A stretch of 38,234 nucleotides of DNA from an uncultured bacterium (GCA_964500785.1 CAZCQM010000001.1:1-38234); one strand, 5' to 3'. Shown: positions 1-9,521, counted from the stretch's first letter. Notes: a model not told the origin generated them from the sequence alone. Translations and numbers: made by a program.

Positions 1-1
1 C

Positions 2-1591
2 GGCCTGGGGTATCCGGTCCACATCATGAGTTCGATGATCCCGATCTTCCTGATTCCGATCGCCGTGCTCAACAGCATCCACATCCTCTCCTCGGTGCAC
101 GCCAACTACCACAAGAAGTCGAGCATGGAGGAGACGCTGTACCACACGATGCGCGAGTTGTTCCTTCCCATGCTGTTCACGTCGCTCACCACGGTGGTCG
201 GGTTCGCGTCGCTCATCATGACTCCGATCCCGCCCGTCCAGGTGTTCGGGGCGTTCGTGGCCTTCGGCGTGTTCATCGCGTGGCTCCTGTCGCTCCTCTT
301 CATTCCGGCCTACGCGATGCTGATGCCCCACTCGGTGCTCGACAGGTTCGGCAGCACGCATGAGGGCGAGGCCGCGCCGGAGAGCCATCTCCACAAGATC
401 CGCGACTTCGCCATCAACAACCGAGTCGCCGTGCTGGTGGCGGTGAGCATCATCATGGTGATCGCCGGCTACGGCGTCACGCGCATCGTGGTCAACGACA
501 ACCCGGTGAACTGGTTCAAGCCGGGGACGCCGCTGCGCGTCGCCGACAAGGTGATGAACGAGCATCTGCCGGGGACCTATCTCGCCTACGTCGAGCTGGC
601 CGGCTCCGAAGACGGGGCCTTCCTCGACCCGGCGTGGATGAGCTGGGCGGAGCGCCTGCAGAATGAGATCAACAGTGAGCCCAACGTGGGCGCGGCCAGC
701 TCCGTGGTCGACGTGCTCAAGAAGGTCCAGTTCGAGCTGTTGAGCCGCGCGCCCGGCAGCAACACGCTGGCCGACACGCGCGAGAAAATTGCACAGTACC
801 TGTTCCTGTACGAGATGAGCGGCGGGTCGCCCGACGACCTGTTCAAGTTCATCACGCCGGGGCAGGACCGCATCAACATCTGGGTACAGATGCGGAACGG
901 AGACAATCAGCGCGTGCGCTCGGTCGTCGATGGGGTTCAGGCGTGGATCGCGGACAATCCGCCGCCCGCCGGCCTCGAAGTGCAGTGGGCCGGCCTGAGC
1001 TACATCAACGTGAAATGGCAGCAGCTCATGGTGCGCGGCATGGCACGCGCGCTGGCCGGCTCCTGGGTGGTCGTGCTCATCATGATGATCATCCTGTTCC
1101 GGAGCCTGCGCATGGGGTTGCTCGCCATGGTGCCGCTCACCGCGACGATCCTCATCACCTACGGGTGGGTGGGCCTCTCCGGTCGTAATTACGACATGCC
1201 CATCGCGGTGCTGAGCAGCCTGTCGCTGGGGCTGTCGGTCGACTTCGCGATCCACTTCCTGCAGCGTACACGCGACATCCACCGGCGCCACAGCGGGAAT
1301 TTCCAGCGCACGATGCACATCTTCTTCCACGAACCCGCGCAGGCGCTGGCGCGCAACATCGTGGTCATCGCGCTGGGCTTCGTGCCCATGTTCTTCGCGA
1401 GTCTGGTGCCGTACGTCACCGTGGGTGCGTTTTTCTTCGCCATCATGCTCATCAGCGGTGGGGCCACGTTCCTCATCATGCCCGCCGCGCTCTCGTACTT
1501 TCCCCCGCACGTGATCTCCGGGTACCGGCATCACGCGACGGGCGACGGTTCACTCAACGAGGCGACCGCGACCGCGGCCGCCAGGAGGTAA
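2..1591 (+). CDS. RND/MMPL-superfamily (COG1033/HpnN-like) exporter, C-terminal part; 5' end lies off the window
   Basis: The frame is open from base 2 (GLGYPVHIM...), so the listed Met at 26 is internal. Hydrophobic helix bundle, then a ~200-aa soluble loop, then a second 5-6 helix bundle, as in RND/MMPL pumps. A LolA-like partner gene starts 6 nt downstream. Confidence 0.8.
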   Translation, partial: GLGYPVHIMSSMIPIFLIPIAVLNSIHILSSVHANYHKKSSMEETLYHTMRELFLPMLFTSLTTVVGFASLIMTPIPPVQVFGAFVAFGVFIAWLLSLLFIPAYAMLMPHSVLDRFGSTHEGEAAPESHLHKIRDFAINNRVAVLVAVSIIMVIAGYGVTRIVVNDNPVNWFKPGTPLRVADKVMNEHLPGTYLAYVELAGSEDGAFLDPAWMSWAERLQNEINSEPNVGAASSVVDVLKKVQFELLSRAPGSNTLADTREKIAQYLFLYEMSGGSPDDLFKFITPGQDRINIWVQMRNGDNQRVRSVVDGVQAWIADNPPPAGLEVQWAGLSYINVKWQQLMVRGMARALAGSWVVVLIMMIILFRSLRMGLLAMVPLTATILITYGWVGLSGRNYDMPIAVLSSLSLGLSVDFAIHFLQRTRDIHRRHSGNFQRTMHIFFHEPAQALARNIVVIALGFVPMFFASLVPYVTVGAFFFAIMLISGGATFLIMPAALSYFPPHVISGYRHHATGDGSLNEATATAAARR

Positions 1592-1597
1592 TCCACA

Positions 1598-2410
1598 ATG
1601 AACACGACACGAGCCTTTTCCGCCTTCCTGGTCGCCGGGGCCCTGGCCCTGGTCGCCGCCCTGCCCGCGCGCGCGCAGGCGCCGGACGCCGAGACCCTCA
1701 TGAAAGAGGCGCACCTCAACATGTACTATGCCGGCGACGACGGGTCGGCGCGCGTCAAGATGACGATCACCGACAAGAACGGGAAGACGCGCGAGCGCGA
1801 TTTCACCATCCTGCGCAAGGATTTCGCCGAAGGCGGCGAGCAGCGCTACTTCGTGTACTTCTACGAGCCCAACGACGTGCGTCGCACGACGTTCATGGCG
1901 TGGAAGAACCCCGACGGCGACGACGCGCGCTGGATCTACGTGCCGGCGCTCGACCTGGTCAAGCAGCTCTCCGCCAACGACAAGAAGAGCAGCTTCGTCG
2001 GCAGCGACTTTGCGTACGAAGACGTCTCCGGACGCCACTGGAGCGACGACACCCACAAGTTCCTGCGCGAGGAGGAGAAGGACGGCTACCAGACATGGGT
2101 CATCGAAAGCACCCCGAAGCAGAGCGACTACTTCGCGCGCAAACTCACCTGGATCGACAAGGGCACGAAACTCATCGTCCGCGAAGAGTACTACGACTCC
2201 AGGGGCGAGCTGTTGAAGGTCCTCGAAGTGGGGAAGATCGAGACGGTCGACGGGCACCCCACCGCGGTGGAGCGCACGATGACGACGCCGCGCAAGGACA
2301 ACCGCACCGAGATCGTGTTCAGCGACGTCAAGTACGACCAGGGCATCAAGGCGGACATCTTCAGCGAGCGGTACCTCAAGAGTCCGCCGCGCGAATACAT
2401 CAGCCAGTAG
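1598..2410 (+). CDS. Outer-membrane lipoprotein-sorting (LolA-like) periplasmic protein
   Basis: Signal peptide (LVAALPARAQA). The motif run LMKEAHLNMYYAGDDGSARVKMTITDKNGKTRERDFTILRKD...WIYVPAL...SSFVGSDFAYEDV is typical of LolA_like proteins that accompany COG1033 RND exporters. GGAGG lies upstream. Confidence 0.75.
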   Translation: MNTTRAFSAFLVAGALALVAALPARAQAPDAETLMKEAHLNMYYAGDDGSARVKMTITDKNGKTRERDFTILRKDFAEGGEQRYFVYFYEPNDVRRTTFMAWKNPDGDDARWIYVPALDLVKQLSANDKKSSFVGSDFAYEDVSGRHWSDDTHKFLREEEKDGYQTWVIESTPKQSDYFARKLTWIDKGTKLIVREEYYDSRGELLKVLEVGKIETVDGHPTAVERTMTTPRKDNRTEIVFSDVKYDQGIKADIFSERYLKSPPREYISQ

Positions 2411-2455
2411 CAGAGCACATCCACTGAAGACCCGAGATAGAAAGGTCCCAGACCG

Positions 2456-3727
2456 ATGAAGAAACGATTCCTTCCGGCCGTCATGGTTCTTCTGCTCGCG
2501 CTGGCCGTCCCGGCCTCCGCCGAGGTCGAGTTTCACGGCTTCGTCGAGGGTGCGGGTGGGGCCCGGCTCGTCGACGTGGGGCCGCCGCCGGCCGCCTGGG
2601 GCGACGTGTCTCCGCTCCCTCCGGCGTGGAGCGGCGGTCGTGATTTCACGCTGCGCGAGGTGCGCCTGCAGCTGAAGAGCGATCTCTACGGGAGCGCAGC
2701 CGAGGCCCACTTCGTCGCCGACGTGCTGGCCGACCAGGTGGCGTCGGACGCGACCACCATCGTTCTGCGCGAGGCGTGGACGATGTTCAACGCCTTCGGC
2801 AACCACCTCGAGGTCCGCGCCGGCCGCCAGCCCACGACCTGGGGCACGGGCGACCTGCTCTTCATCAACGATCTCTTCCCGAAGGACTACGTGAGCTTCT
2901 TCATCGGCCGCGATGACCAGTATTTGAAGAGTCCGTCGGATGCGTTCCGGCTCGGCTTCTTCGGACTTCCGGTCACGGTGGACCTGGTCTACACACCCGT
3001 CTTTTCGCCCAACATTCTGCCCACCGGTGAGCGGCTCGTGTTCTGGACGCCGGTCTACGCGCCCGCCCGGCTTCCCGACCAGACGCTGGAGAACGGGGAA
3101 GTCGCGCTCCGGCTGAGCCGCGACATCGGCCGCTACAACGCGGCCCTGTACGGCTACAGCGGCTTCTGGAAGTCGCCGCAGGGATTCTCGTCGCCGGATA
3201 CCTCCCTCGCGGCGGGCTCGCCCTACTACTATCATCCACAGCTTCGCGTTTACGGGGCGAGCCTCCGCGGGGGGCTCTTCGGAGGTGTGACCTGGGTGGA
3301 GGGCGGCTGGTACGATTCGGCCGACGACCGCGACGGTGTCAATCCCTACATTCCCAACTCGGAAGCGCGCGCGATGGCGGGTTACGAGCGGCAATGGTGG
3401 AGCGACTTCACCGGTGGTGTTCAGTTCTACTGGGAAGGCGTCCAGGACTACCGCCCGGGCGAATACGTCAAGGATGAGAACTACACCCTGGCGACGCTGC
3501 GCCTGACACAGATGCTGCGCTACCAGACCGTGAAGCTGTCCGCGTTCACGTTCTATTCGCCCAGCGACGAGGACGCCTACGTGCGGCTCGCCGTGGGATA
3601 CAATTATACCGATGAGCTGAACCTCACGGTGGGCGCGAATCTCTTCCAGGGGAACGATCCGCGCACGCTGTTCGGGATGAACGAGGACAACAGCAACGCG
3701 TTCCTCCGCATCCGATACAGTTTCTGA
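2456..3727 (+). CDS. Outer-membrane beta-barrel protein (alginate-export/porin-like)
   Basis: Signal peptide ending ASA-EV, alternating beta-strand pattern, a GRQPTTWGTGDLLF motif resembling the alginate-export family, and a C-terminal ...RIRYSF (terminal Phe, an OMP signature). Confidence 0.65.
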   Translation: MKKRFLPAVMVLLLALAVPASAEVEFHGFVEGAGGARLVDVGPPPAAWGDVSPLPPAWSGGRDFTLREVRLQLKSDLYGSAAEAHFVADVLADQVASDATTIVLREAWTMFNAFGNHLEVRAGRQPTTWGTGDLLFINDLFPKDYVSFFIGRDDQYLKSPSDAFRLGFFGLPVTVDLVYTPVFSPNILPTGERLVFWTPVYAPARLPDQTLENGEVALRLSRDIGRYNAALYGYSGFWKSPQGFSSPDTSLAAGSPYYYHPQLRVYGASLRGGLFGGVTWVEGGWYDSADDRDGVNPYIPNSEARAMAGYERQWWSDFTGGVQFYWEGVQDYRPGEYVKDENYTLATLRLTQMLRYQTVKLSAFTFYSPSDEDAYVRLAVGYNYTDELNLTVGANLFQGNDPRTLFGMNEDNSNAFLRIRYSF

Positions 3728-3794
3728 CCAGGACCCCGGGGGGCGCGCGGACGGCCCGCTCCCGGCCCGCGCGCGTCCCGTTCGCGGTTCGTGA

Positions 3795-3822
3795 TTGACA
3801 CGCGGCGCGGGCGACGTAGAAT
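3795..3822 (+). promoter_or_regulatory. Sigma-70-like promoter: TTGACA, 16 nt, TAGAAT, placed 7 nt before the ATG at 3830 (predicts a leaderless mRNA)
   Basis: TTGACA at 3795-3800 and TAGAAT at 3817-3822. Only 7 nt (tcccgcc) separate the -10 from the ATG, and there is no Shine-Dalgarno. Confidence 0.5.
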
Positions 3823-3829
3823 TCCCGCC

Positions 3830-4084
3830 ATGAGTGACGAGGTCCTGCGCGCGATCGAAGAGCTGAAGGCCGAGCAGCGGAAGATCGCCTCTCGACAGGA
3901 AGAGGCGCTCGAGATGCTCAAGGCCGAGGCCGAGCATGCGCGCCGGATCCGCGAGGAATCGATCGCGCTCCAGCGCGCGGCCACGCAGCGGGTGAAACGG
4001 GTGGGCGTGTTCGCCTTCTTCGGCATCGTGGTGTGCGTGGTCCTGATTGTCTACCTCGTCACGAAGTACAGGATCCTCTTTTGA
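3830..4084 (+). CDS. Small (84 aa) coiled-coil protein with a single C-terminal TM helix (tail-anchored); unknown function
   Basis: MSDEVLRAIEELKAEQRKIASRQEEALEMLKAEAEHARRIREESIALQRAA is heptad-like and charged. It is followed by VGVFAFFGIVVCVVLIVYLV. The ATG at 3830 is preferred over the listed 3791 because of the promoter geometry. Confidence 0.5.
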   Translation: MSDEVLRAIEELKAEQRKIASRQEEALEMLKAEAEHARRIREESIALQRAATQRVKRVGVFAFFGIVVCVVLIVYLVTKYRILF

Positions 4085-4146
4085 CCCGCGTGGTTCTGGC
4101 GCTTCCTGTATACTCCACGGCCACTGGAACGGAGTTGTGACGTAAC

Positions 4147-5406
4147 TTGGAACGGGTCCCGGCCGGCCGCAGAGCCGTCCTCTTCATATTCATCGCGGTC
4201 CTCGTCGACGTGATCGGCCTGGGCATCATCGTCCCGGTGATCCCGCAGCTCATCATGGACCTCACGGGGGAGGGCCTCAGCCGCGCCTCGATCTACGGCG
4301 GCTGGCTGTGGTTCGCCTACGCCGTGATGCAGTTCTTCTGCGCTCCGATCCTCGGGAACCTCAGCGATCGCATCGGCCGCCGGCCCGTGATCCTCTTCTC
4401 GCTGTTCTCGCTCGGTGTCGATTACACGATCATGGGATTCGCGCCGACGTTGAGCTGGCTCTTCGTGGGACGCATCCTGGCCGGCATCGCGGGCGCGTCG
4501 TTCATCCCGGCGTACGCCTTCCTCGCCGACGTAACGCCCCCGGAAAAGCGGGCGCAGAACTTCGGGCTGGTGGGTGCCGCGTTCGGTCTCGGCTTTATCT
4601 TCGGCCCCGCGATCGGCGGCCTGCTGGGCGAGCTCGGCACGCGCGTTCCATTCTTCGCCGCGGCGTGCCTGGCGCTGGCGAACGTCACCTTCGGCTATTT
4701 CGTCCTGCCGGAGTCGCTGTCGAAAGAATCGCGGCGACCGTTCACGCTCAAGCGCGCCAACCCGGTGGGGGCGCTGGTCCACCTCCGCCGCTACCCGATC
4801 GTCCCCGGCATGGCGGCGGCCGTGTTTCTGTGGCAGCTCGCCCAGCAGTCGTTTACGGCGACGTGGGCGTTCTTCACCATGTATCGCTTCAACTGGTCCG
4901 AGGCAGCGGTGGGGGCGTCGCTCGCGTTCGTCGGAACCATCATGGCGACCAGCCAGGGCGTTCTGACGCGCATCATCGTTCCCAGGTACCGCGAGCGCCG
5001 CGTGGCCTTCATGGGTCTTCTGTGCGGGATCACGGGCTACATCGGCCTGGGACTGGCGACTCGCGGATGGATGATGTACGCGTGGATGGCCGCGTGGCTG
5101 CTTGCCGGGCTCGCGTATCCGTCGATGAACGCCATCATGTCGCAGCAGGTCCCGGCGGATGCGCAGGGCGAGTTGCAGGGCGGCGTCGCGAGTCTCTACA
5201 GCCTGGCGCTGGTCGTCGGACCGCCATTGATGACGCAGCTATTCGGCCGGTTCTCCGCGGAGACGGCTCCCATCCACTTGCCGGGGGCGGCGTTTATCTG
5301 CTCGGCGTTGCTTGCCGCGATGAGTGCGCTCCTGTTCCTCCACGCGCTCCGTGTGGCTCGGAAGGTCCGTCCCTCCGGGGCCGTCCCGCCCGGCGCCAAA
5401 GTCTGA
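4147..5406 (+). CDS. MFS transporter, DHA1/Tet(A)-like drug:H+ antiporter family
   Basis: LVDVIGLGIIVPVIPQL...FFCAPILGNLSDRIGRRPVILFSL (MFS motif A, GxLSDRxGRR) and about 12 TM segments. TTG start as listed. Confidence 0.85.
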   Translation: MERVPAGRRAVLFIFIAVLVDVIGLGIIVPVIPQLIMDLTGEGLSRASIYGGWLWFAYAVMQFFCAPILGNLSDRIGRRPVILFSLFSLGVDYTIMGFAPTLSWLFVGRILAGIAGASFIPAYAFLADVTPPEKRAQNFGLVGAAFGLGFIFGPAIGGLLGELGTRVPFFAAACLALANVTFGYFVLPESLSKESRRPFTLKRANPVGALVHLRRYPIVPGMAAAVFLWQLAQQSFTATWAFFTMYRFNWSEAAVGASLAFVGTIMATSQGVLTRIIVPRYRERRVAFMGLLCGITGYIGLGLATRGWMMYAWMAAWLLAGLAYPSMNAIMSQQVPADAQGELQGGVASLYSLALVVGPPLMTQLFGRFSAETAPIHLPGAAFICSALLAAMSALLFLHALRVARKVRPSGAVPPGAKV

Positions 5407-5532
5407 AACCGCCTCCGGACGGGCCCGATGCCCGTTCCGCAGCCGTCGGTTGCGCAAGTTCGCCGCTTCGCCTATTCTAGGGGGACAGGAAATTCCAACT
5501 TCTTTTTCATCTTCAAACAGGGAGGCATCATC

Positions 5533-5958
5533 ATGGCTGCGCTTCTACGCACAGGAAAGGGCGAATGGCACGGGGATCTCAAGGCCGGGAACGGGAAGCT
5601 GGGCTCCACCAGCGGACTGTTCAACGACATGCCCTTCACGTTCGCCACGCGTTTTGAAAACGCCAAAGGAACCAATCCGGAAGAGCTCATCGCCGCGGCG
5701 CACGCCGGCTGTTTCAGCATGGCCTTCTCCAACTACCTGAGCAAGCAGGGACACGTCCCCGACACGATTACCACCAAAGCGACGATCTCGCTCGAGGACG
5801 GCAAGATCAACAAGATGCACCTGGAGACGCGCGGCAAGGTGGCCGGAATCGACGACGCGACCTTCAAGAAGATGGCCGTCGAGGCGGAAAAGACCTGCCC
5901 CGTGTCCGTGTTGCTCCGTCCGGGTCTGTCCATCACGCTCGACGCGGCCCTGTTGTAG
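5533..5958 (+). CDS. osmC: OsmC-family peroxiredoxin
   Basis: GEWHGDLKAGNGKL...TNPEELIAAAHAGCFSMAF...AEKTCPVS carries the two conserved OsmC cysteines. GGAGG at 5521-5525 precedes the ATG at 5533; the listed 5428 start would add an implausible leader. Confidence 0.85.
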   Translation: MAALLRTGKGEWHGDLKAGNGKLGSTSGLFNDMPFTFATRFENAKGTNPEELIAAAHAGCFSMAFSNYLSKQGHVPDTITTKATISLEDGKINKMHLETRGKVAGIDDATFKKMAVEAEKTCPVSVLLRPGLSITLDAALL

Positions 5959-5972
5959 GCCGGGGAGGTGTC

Positions 5973-7121
5973 GTGAGCCGTCGTCGCATCGCAGCGGCCG
6001 CGATCGTGTACGTCTGCGCGTGGGCGGCGGCGGGCACCGCAATCGCACAGCAGCCGCGGTTTTCGGACGACTTCGAGCACGGGCTCGATGCGTGGGAGAT
6101 CCTCGGGGAGGACGGCGTGTTGCTGCGCGACTCGGGGGATCCCGCCCACGGACACGTCATGCTCCTGCGTCCACAGGGAAACGTGCTCGCGTTGATTCAC
6201 GGCTCTGACCGCTGGGGCGCGGTTCGGATCGAAGGCGACGTCATGTTCCCGACCGACGAGCACAGCTACCTCGGCGTGGCGTACGACTACCAGCGTACCG
6301 GCGATCGCCAGGACTTCGGGCTCATCTATGTAAAGGGCGACGGATCGTACCTGATGGTGAATCCGCGCCGGGACCTCAACGTCGGGCGTACCCTCTACGA
6401 AGAGTTCCACGTGGACCTCGAAGGCGACGCCGCCATCGAGATGGGCGAGTGGCGACACTTCCGGGTGGAAGTCGAAGGTAACATCTGTCATTTCTACGTT
6501 GGTGACGTCTCCACGCCCCAGCTGACGTTCCCGTTTCTCGAGCTCGATCACGGCGCGGTCGGTTTCGAACCGCGCTCGGTGGGCGGTGACGTGTGGGTCG
6601 ACAACATCACGGTGGTGTCGATCCGCCACCTCGCCTACAAGGGACCACGGCGGCCGGCCGGCATTCAGTACGACCCCGAGGCCCTGTTGACCAACTGGGA
6701 AGTCATCGGTCCGTTGCCCCGGACCGACGATTCCGTGGCCCGGGATCCCGAAGGGGCCGGTGAGCGCTGGCAACCCTTCGAGACCGACGATCGCGGCGCC
6801 GTGATCACGGGCCGGGTCGTCGACTATCTGGGACCGAACACGGTCGCGTATTTTCGCACGCAGGTCGGGCGCGACGAGGCGGGTCCGGCGATGCTCCGCC
6901 TGAGCACCGTGGACGACCTCGCCCTGTGGGTCAACGGGCGCTTCCAGGGATTCATCCCGCGGGGCGACCGCGCGTGGTACGACTTCTGGCGCAACGATCA
7001 GCACGAAGGCGCTCGCGTTCCCATCGAACTCGTTACGGGGAAGAACGACATCGTGCTGCGCGTCCGGGGCGGCGTGTACGCGAGCGGTGGGTTCTTCGCC
7101 CGCGTAGAAAGAGCACGGTAA
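5973..7121 (+). CDS. Secreted two-domain jelly-roll protein (N-terminal DUF1080/LamG-like); function unknown
   Basis: Signal peptide (AAAGTAIAQQ). FSDDFEHGLDAWEILGEDGVLL...HGHVMLL...YLGVAYDY resembles the DUF1080 concanavalin-like fold. GTG start with GGGGAGG upstream. Confidence 0.55.
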   Translation: MSRRRIAAAAIVYVCAWAAAGTAIAQQPRFSDDFEHGLDAWEILGEDGVLLRDSGDPAHGHVMLLRPQGNVLALIHGSDRWGAVRIEGDVMFPTDEHSYLGVAYDYQRTGDRQDFGLIYVKGDGSYLMVNPRRDLNVGRTLYEEFHVDLEGDAAIEMGEWRHFRVEVEGNICHFYVGDVSTPQLTFPFLELDHGAVGFEPRSVGGDVWVDNITVVSIRHLAYKGPRRPAGIQYDPEALLTNWEVIGPLPRTDDSVARDPEGAGERWQPFETDDRGAVITGRVVDYLGPNTVAYFRTQVGRDEAGPAMLRLSTVDDLALWVNGRFQGFIPRGDRAWYDFWRNDQHEGARVPIELVTGKNDIVLRVRGGVYASGGFFARVERAR

Positions 7122-7124
7122 CCC

Positions 7125-7601
7125 ATGCGCGCAATCCAGGACCTCTATCCCGACGATTTCTCGCACTGCTACGGATGCGGACGCCTCAACGCGCACGGCC
7201 ATCAGCTCAAGAGCTACGTGGACGGCGACGACGTCGTGGCGCGGTTCACACCGTCGGCACAGCATATGGCGCTTCCGGGATTCGTCTACGGCGGGCTGAT
7301 CGCGTCGCTCATCGACTGCCACGCCATGGCGACCGCGGCGGCCGCCGCGGAGAGAGCGGCGGGACGCGAGATCGGCGACGCGCCGGCGCCGCGATTCGTC
7401 ACCGCGTCGCTCGCGGTCAATTACGTGAAACCCACGCCGCTCGGACCGGAGCTCGAGATACGCGGACATGTGCGCGAGCGAACCGATCGCAAGGCGATCG
7501 TCGAGCTGACGGTCGCGGCGTCGGGTGTGGTTACGGCGCAAGGCGAGGCGGTCGCCGTACCGATGCCGCCCAACATGGGCCGCACCCCGCATTCGTCCTG
7601 A
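7125..7601 (+). CDS. PaaI-family hotdog-fold thioesterase
   Basis: CYGCG N-terminal motif followed by PGFVYGGLIASLIDCHAM, typical of PaaI/YbgC-like thioesterases. Starts 3 nt after the preceding stop. Confidence 0.8.
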   Translation: MRAIQDLYPDDFSHCYGCGRLNAHGHQLKSYVDGDDVVARFTPSAQHMALPGFVYGGLIASLIDCHAMATAAAAAERAAGREIGDAPAPRFVTASLAVNYVKPTPLGPELEIRGHVRERTDRKAIVELTVAASGVVTAQGEAVAVPMPPNMGRTPHSS

Positions 7602-7651
7602 GGACCGTTCGGACACCGGCCGCCGGCGCGCCGCACTGAAGGAGGACCATC

Positions 7652-8071
7652 GTGAGTACACCGACAGCACATTCACTCGGCTACGAAGTCGAACTGCCCA
7701 TGGCGTTCGATCCGGCCATCGAACACGTCACCGCCGAGCTCAAGAAGGAAGGGTTCGGGATCCTGTCCCGCATCGACGTCCATCTGGCGTTCAAGGAGAA
7801 GCTCGGCAAGGATTTTCGACGCTATGCGATTCTCGGCGCGTGCAATCCACCGCTTGCCTTCCAGGCGCTCACCTCACGACCGGAGACGGGACTCCTGCTG
7901 CCGTGCAACGTGACGGTGGAAGAGACCGGCCCGGATGCGTGCCAGGTGCGCATCATCAAAGCGGGGGAGATGATGAAGATGGCGCGTCTGGACCGTGACG
8001 CGACCATCGCAAAGGTGGGCGCCGAAGCGGATGCCCGCCTGACGCGCGTTGCACAGGCGCTCCGCGGTTGA
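7652..8071 (+). CDS. DUF302 domain protein
   Basis: AIEHVTAELKKEGFGILSRIDVHLAFKEKLGKDFRRYAILGACNPPLA...LLPCNV is the DUF302 signature. GGAGG lies 6 nt before the GTG. Confidence 0.8.
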   Translation: MSTPTAHSLGYEVELPMAFDPAIEHVTAELKKEGFGILSRIDVHLAFKEKLGKDFRRYAILGACNPPLAFQALTSRPETGLLLPCNVTVEETGPDACQVRIIKAGEMMKMARLDRDATIAKVGAEADARLTRVAQALRG

Positions 8072-8172
8072 CCGCGGCGTGCGACGGCACCGCCGTCGCG
8101 GTTGGCGGAGGCATCCGGAATTCGTATCATCGCGCAGGCGATCAGGTTTCCAAACCACCCGGGAGGTTCATC

Positions 8173-8943
8173 GTGAAGATACTGTCTCTTTCGATTCTCG
8201 CCGCTTTCCTCGTGACGACGGCGCACGCCGAAGTCCACTTCGATCCCGTCGTGTACAAACAGGGCGATACGACGCTGCGCGGGTATATCGCGTACGATGA
8301 CGCGACGACCGGAAAGCGACCCGGCGTCGTCGTGGTCCACGAATGGTGGGGTCTCAACGACTACACGAAGAAACGGACGCGGATGCTCGCGGAGGCGGGA
8401 TACGTCGCGTTCGCCGCGGATATGTACGGCGACGGCAAGACCACCGAACACCCCAGGGAGGCCGGTGAGTGGTCCGGCGCCATCGCCAAGAATCAGCAGA
8501 TGGCGATCGACCGTTTCAACGCCGCCGTCGCGCAGCTCAAGAAGAACCCGAACGTCGACCCCGACCACATCGCCGCCATCGGCTACTGCTTCGGCGGTTC
8601 GGTCGTCCTCGGCATGGCGATGGGCGGCGCGGATCTCGATGGCGTCGTGAGTTTCCACGGCGGTCTGCCCTCCGACCCGGCGTCGGGGAAGGTGACCGCG
8701 AGTATTCTCGTCTGCAACGGCGCCCTGGACCAGTTCGCGACGCCCGAGTTGATCCAGACGTTCCAGAAGAACCTGACCGATGCGGGTGCCGACTGGGAAT
8801 TCATCAACTACGGGAACGCGCGTCATTCGTTCACCAACCCGAGCGCCGACACGCACGGAATACCGAACCTCGCGTATAACGAGAAGGCGGACAAGCGCTC
8901 GTGGCAGACGGCGTTGAACTTCCTGGCCGAGGTCACACACTGA
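8173..8943 (+). CDS. Secreted dienelactone hydrolase family protein
   Basis: Signal peptide VKILSLSILAAFLVTTAHA. PGVVVVHEWWGLNDY...AFAADMYGDG...IGYCFGG (nucleophile elbow with Cys) ...NARHSF. GTG at 8173 with GGGAGG upstream is preferred over the listed 8068. Confidence 0.85.
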   Translation: MKILSLSILAAFLVTTAHAEVHFDPVVYKQGDTTLRGYIAYDDATTGKRPGVVVVHEWWGLNDYTKKRTRMLAEAGYVAFAADMYGDGKTTEHPREAGEWSGAIAKNQQMAIDRFNAAVAQLKKNPNVDPDHIAAIGYCFGGSVVLGMAMGGADLDGVVSFHGGLPSDPASGKVTASILVCNGALDQFATPELIQTFQKNLTDAGADWEFINYGNARHSFTNPSADTHGIPNLAYNEKADKRSWQTALNFLAEVTH

Positions 8944-9002
8944 GCGCTCCGGCTGGGAGCGTTGAAGCCGGCGTGCGCCGGGCGCTGCGGGCGGCCCCGC
9001 GG

Positions 9003-9521
9003 ATGCGCGTGTGGGCGTGCTCGATCGCGTTCGTCTTCGCCTGCGGTGCGCTGGTGATGGCGGCCGGGTGCGCCAAGCGGGCGGAGCGCGTGCCGGAAGC
9101 GGAAGAAATTCCGGGTGTGACGCCGGCGCCGGGCGGGCTGAGGTTCGCCGTTACCATCCAGCCGCGACAGTTCACGATCGGCCAGCGTGTCCATATGGAG
9201 GCGTCGCTGTTCAACGACAGCGACGACATCTTCAAGAAGAAGTACCCCAACGGGTGCACGTGGGGCTACGAGGTGCTGACGGAAGACGGCCGCCGGGCCG
9301 GGCCGCGACAGACGTGCGTCGATTCGGCCAGCACCGAGATCCGCCTCGCGCCCGGCGAGCTGCGGATGATCGTGCGGGACTGGAGGGGCGGCTACTTCGA
9401 CGCCGACACTCCCCTCGGTCCGGGGCGCTACGAGATCACGGTCGGTCTCGTCGACCGGGACGCGCGCGTCATCCCCATGGCCGAGCCCGTGCGCGTCGAG
9501 ATCATGGAGCGCCGGCCGTGA
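9003..9521 (+). CDS. Lipoprotein, possibly BsuPI-like beta-sandwich (tentative)
   Basis: Lipobox LVMAAGC. A single Ig-like segment (FAVTIQPRQFTIGQRVHMEASLFNDSDD...LAPGELR...GPGRYEITV) is reminiscent of proteinase-inhibitor BsuPI domains. Confidence 0.55.
   Translation: MRVWACSIAFVFACGALVMAAGCAKRAERVPEAEEIPGVTPAPGGLRFAVTIQPRQFTIGQRVHMEASLFNDSDDIFKKKYPNGCTWGYEVLTEDGRRAGPRQTCVDSASTEIRLAPGELRMIVRDWRGGYFDADTPLGPGRYEITVGLVDRDARVIPMAEPVRVEIMERRP

Noticed and set aside
1550-3937. 795-aa ORF on the minus strand spanning the LolA-like and OMP genes
   Set aside because: It is an Arg/Gly/Ala/Pro-rich translation with no recognisable motifs. It lies antisense to two genes that have signal peptides and family motifs. 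This is the typical stop-codon-poor shadow ORF of GC-rich DNA.
4081-4114. TTGACC ... TATACT as a promoter for the MFS gene
   Set aside because: The spacer is 22 nt, well outside the 16-18 nt window, and the TG does not sit at the extended -10 position.
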